NCBI GenBank assembly: GCA_946999385.1
Contig: CAMQCZ010000001.1
Coordinates: forward strand, 26,164 to 90,163
Source of the DNA: an uncultured Lachnoanaerobaculum sp.
Lineage (GTDB): Bacteria > Bacillota > Clostridia > Lachnospirales > Lachnospiraceae
Direction: 5' to 3'
DNA length: 64,000 bases
This document shows positions 61,306 through 64,000 of this stretch, piece by piece (positions within the stretch are counted from its first letter, which is position 1; the number at the start of each line of letters is the position of its first letter). The notes below the pieces were generated by a model, which did not search any database, had not been told where the DNA came from, and saw only the letters and a program-made list of their open reading frames with translations. A program made the position numbers and the translations under genes.

Positions 61306-62624
61306 GCTATTTCTCCTATTAAATCATATTCTGAAGAGCCTGTAATAATCACTTCAACAAAATCACCTGACATATGTGTAAAAGTAGAATTTACAAAAAT
61401 ATATCCATCAACATTCGGTGTATCCATATATGTTCTTCCTATATATATATCTTCATTACTAAGCTTACCTTCAATAAGAACCTTTATTTTTTTTCCTATC
61501 ATTTTTTTTAATTTTTCTTTAGAAATTTTTTGTTGTAAAAGCATAAGCTCATCTTTTCTTTTTTCCTTCAATGACTCAGGTAACTGATCATTAAATCCGG
61601 CAGCCACAGTACCTTCTTCAAGTGAATAAGTGAATATTCCTAATCTGTCAAATTTCATTTCTTTAATAAATTTTTTTAATTCTTTAAAATCATTTTCACT
61701 TTCACCTGGAAAGCCTGTTATTAAAGTCGTTCTAAGACTTATATCAGGTATCCTGGATCTAAGTTTTTTTAATATTAATCTTAAATCTGCTTGACTTGTT
61801 CTTCTTGCCATACGTCTTAAAATTTTATCACTGGCATGTTGTATAGGTATATCCAAATATTTACATATTTTTTCTTCTTTAGCAATAATATCTATAAGCT
61901 CATCATTAATCTCTTCAGGATAACAATAAAGAATCCTTATCCATTCCAAGTCCTCAATCTTTACAAGCTCAGCTAAAAGTCTTGCCAAGCTTTTTTGCTT
62001 ATATATATCTACACCATAAAGTGTTGTTTCCTGTGCAACAAGGATTAACTCTCTCACACCATTTTTAACCAATTCTTCAGCCTGCTTCACCAAAACTTCT
62101 ATCGGGTAAGAGCGATAATGTCCCCTCAAGCTTGGAATAATACAATATGTACAATTCTTATCACAGCCTTCTGCAATTTTTAAATATGAATACCAGAATG
62201 CTCCTGAATTTGTTCTTTTTGTATTTATTGCAGGAAGCCTATTTAAATCCAAAAATTCTACATTCTTTTTTCCGTCTATAACCTCATTTATAACATCTAC
62301 TATCTTATCATAGCTTGATGTTCCAACCAAGGCATCTACCTCAGGTATCTCCTTTAAAATTTCATCCTTATATCTTTGTGCCATACAACCGCTTACTATA
62401 AGTATTTTTAATTTAGCTGTATTTTTTAATTTAGCCATTTCCAATATAGTATTTATACTTTCTTCTTTTGCATCCAAAATAAAACAGCAGGTATTAACAA
62501 TAATAATATCTGCCTCTGATTCATCAGGAGTATATTGAAAGCCATATTCAGCACTGATCCCAAGCATTATTTCAGCATCAACTGTATTTTTATCACAGCC
62601 AAGTGAAACCATATTGATTTTCAT
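61302..62624 (-). CDS. rimO: Ribosomal protein S12 methylthiotransferase RimO (radical SAM MTTase)
   Basis: 440 aa with N-terminal MTTase Cys residues, radical-SAM 'CDKNCTYC' and a C-terminal TRAM domain. Confidence 0.75.
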   Translation of the reverse strand: MKINMVSLGCDKNTVDAEIMLGISAEYGFQYTPDESEADIIIVNTCCFILDAKEESINTILEMAKLKNTAKLKILIVSGCMAQRYKDEILKEIPEVDALVGTSSYDKIVDVINEVIDGKKNVEFLDLNRLPAINTKRTNSGAFWYSYLKIAEGCDKNCTYCIIPSLRGHYRSYPIEVLVKQAEELVKNGVRELILVAQETTLYGVDIYKQKSLARLLAELVKIEDLEWIRILYCYPEEINDELIDIIAKEEKICKYLDIPIQHASDKILRRMARRTSQADLRLILKKLRSRIPDISLRTTLITGFPGESENDFKELKKFIKEMKFDRLGIFTYSLEEGTVAAGFNDQLPESLKEKRKDELMLLQQKISKEKLKKMIGKKIKVLIEGKLSNEDIYIGRTYMDTPNVDGYIFVNSTFTHMSGDFVEVIITGSSEYDLIGEIA

Positions 62625-62641
62625 AAATTCCCCTCTTATCT

Positions 62642-62884
62642 TTATAATTCCTGAGCATCCTCTGACACTATTTTTACATGTGAATTATAAAGCTCATCTA
62701 TAGCTACTGATAAAGGTTTTCTACCCTTTGTCCTAACTTCGGACCTTGCACCGTCTACTAATTGTCTTGCTCTTTTTGCAGTAGCAATGACTATAGAGTA
62801 ACGACTTTGTACTAAAGGCTGTTCACCCTGCTCAAGTCCCTTATTTGCGGCATTAATTAAATCTGTATATGATGGATGTAACAC
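62642..62884 (-). CDS. rpoZ: DNA-directed RNA polymerase subunit omega
   Basis: 80 aa. Sits in the gmk-rpoZ context. Confidence 0.85.
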   Translation of the reverse strand: MLHPSYTDLINAANKGLEQGEQPLVQSRYSIVIATAKRARQLVDGARSEVRTKGRKPLSVAIDELYNSHVKIVSEDAQEL

Positions 62885-63520
62885 TTATTTTTCCTCCTTA
62901 ATAAATTCTTTTTCCAAATCTTCACTTATATTTTCTACAAATTCTTTATTATATATAGTCTTTGATTTTTGGCTTTGTATAATATGATCAATACTCTTTA
63001 CTGTAACATCTAAAACATCATTAACTACAATATAATCATATTTAGATATACTTTTAGCCTCTTCTACAGCTTTTCTCAATCTTTCTTTTATTTGAGTGCT
63101 TGTTTCTGTACCTCTATTTTCCAACCTTCTCTTCAGACAAAAAGCACTTGGAGTAGAAATAAATATTAAGACAGTATCAGGATATTTTTCTTTAACCTTT
63201 AAAGCACCTTGGATTTCTATTTCTAAAATAACATCCTGACCTTTTTCAAGCTTGTCCATTACATAATCTTTTGGTGTACCATAATAATTGCCTACATAAC
63301 TTGCATATTCAATAAAAGCATCTTTTTTGATTAATTCTTCAAATTCATCTTTAGTTTTAAAGAAATAAGACTCACCATCTATTTCATCATATCTTGCTTT
63401 TCTTGTTGTTGCAGATACTGATAATGAATAATTATCATATTTTCTCAACATCTCACTTAATATAGTACCTTTACCGGCTCCTGAAAAGCCTGATATTATT
63501 GTCAATATACCCTTTTTCAT
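62885..63520 (-). CDS. gmk: Guanylate kinase
   Basis: P-loop 'GFSGAGKGT' with a 211-aa length. Confidence 0.9.
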   Translation of the reverse strand: MKKGILTIISGFSGAGKGTILSEMLRKYDNYSLSVSATTRKARYDEIDGESYFFKTKDEFEELIKKDAFIEYASYVGNYYGTPKDYVMDKLEKGQDVILEIEIQGALKVKEKYPDTVLIFISTPSAFCLKRRLENRGTETSTQIKERLRKAVEEAKSISKYDYIVVNDVLDVTVKSIDHIIQSQKSKTIYNKEFVENISEDLEKEFIKEEK

Positions 63521-63531
63521 GTTAACCGCCT

Positions 63532-64000
63532 CTATTCTAAATTTTGTACCTGTTCTCTTATTTTTTCTATTTCATTCTTTAAGCTTATAGCTCTATTTAT
63601 AATTTCCAAATCACTTGATTTTGATAAAATAGTATTAGCCTCTCTATTCATTTCTTGTACTATAAAATCCAATTTTTTACCTAACAATGAATTTTCAAGT
63701 AATTCCTTTTTAGCTGTATTTATATGTGATTTTAATCTTACAATCTCTTCATCAATACATATTTTATCAGCATAAATAATGACCTCAGATAAAATCCTAT
63801 TTTCATCTATAGACTTATCCTCCAATAAAGCGGATAATTTTGCCTTTAATTTTTCCTTATAAGCCTCAATAATTTGTGGTGATTTAACTTCTATAAATTC
63901 CAATTCATTAGATAAAAAATCTAACTTTTTGAGAATATCAAGCTTTAAATGTCTACCCTCTATATTTCTTGAAATATTAAAACTTTCTATAGCCTCATTT
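63532..64000 (-). CDS. YicC/YloC family stress-induced protein (C-terminal DUF1732 part; the N-terminus lies beyond the window)
   Basis: The frame stays open to the window edge. 'EEIVRLKSHINTAKKEL' matches the DUF1732 consensus. It is upstream of gmk, as in Bacillus yloC. Confidence 0.6.
   Translation of the reverse strand, partial: NEAIESFNISRNIEGRHLKLDILKKLDFLSNELEFIEVKSPQIIEAYKEKLKAKLSALLEDKSIDENRILSEVIIYADKICIDEEIVRLKSHINTAKKELLENSLLGKKLDFIVQEMNREANTILSKSSDLEIINRAISLKNEIEKIREQVQNLE

Noticed and set aside
1-64000. CRISPR arrays, IS elements, integrases
   Set aside because: No regularly spaced direct repeats, no transposase or integrase-like ORFs and no terminal inverted repeats were seen anywhere in the window.

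Overview
This is a low-GC (about 27-30% GC) Firmicutes chromosomal segment. The gene order and the sporulation genes point to Clostridia, probably Clostridium. Most of the window is conserved housekeeping sequence, almost all transcribed on the minus strand.

Housekeeping content, by coordinate:
- tsaE-tsaB-rimI-rnz-tsaD operon and tex.
- A complete Stickland glycine/betaine-type reductase operon, grdX-grdE-grdB-selC-trxB-trxA-grdA-grdC-grdD. The grdA and grdB selenoprotein genes each have an in-frame TGA, and a tRNA-Sec gene sits inside the operon. A glycine riboswitch with a terminator lies upstream, and a Na+/alanine-glycine symporter gene follows.
- rpsU, coaE, polA, and a tetrapyrrole/siroheme-cobalamin cluster (sirC-hemB-cbiK-hemC-cobA/hemD).
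- tRNA-Leu and tRNA-Thr.
- An ABC-transporter-dependent rhamnose-type polysaccharide cluster (rfbC, wzm, wzt) with a 1246-aa WbdD-like kinase/coiled-coil protein fused to two glycosyltransferase domains.
- LemA, rsuA, rsmF, coaD, rsmD, an L,D-transpeptidase, recG, yloV, asp23, rpmB, ytfJ/ytfI, cinA-like, pgsA, rimO, rpoZ, gmk and a partial yicC.

The accessory region is at about 1.9-7.1 kb, between an amino-acid permease gene and tsaD. It is a degraded phage head-module island that has become a polymorphic toxin/immunity locus:
- A phage gp7/Mu-F-type head-morphogenesis protein is fused to a C3/iota-like R-S-E ADP-ribosyltransferase domain.
- It is followed in the same operon by an 88-aa unknown protein and an ADP-ribosylglycohydrolase, the putative antidote.
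- After an intrinsic terminator come promoterless orphan cassettes: a gp7-motif module fused to a RadC-like JAB domain, a truncated copy of that module, and a small novel 'RLGFD...LLTDEE' repeat protein after each.
- A 140-bp, 95%-identical direct repeat links the expressed toxin gene to the orphan cassette, which is the substrate expected for cassette switching.
- The expressed toxin gene appears frameshifted in an A6 tract just after a strong RBS and ATG.
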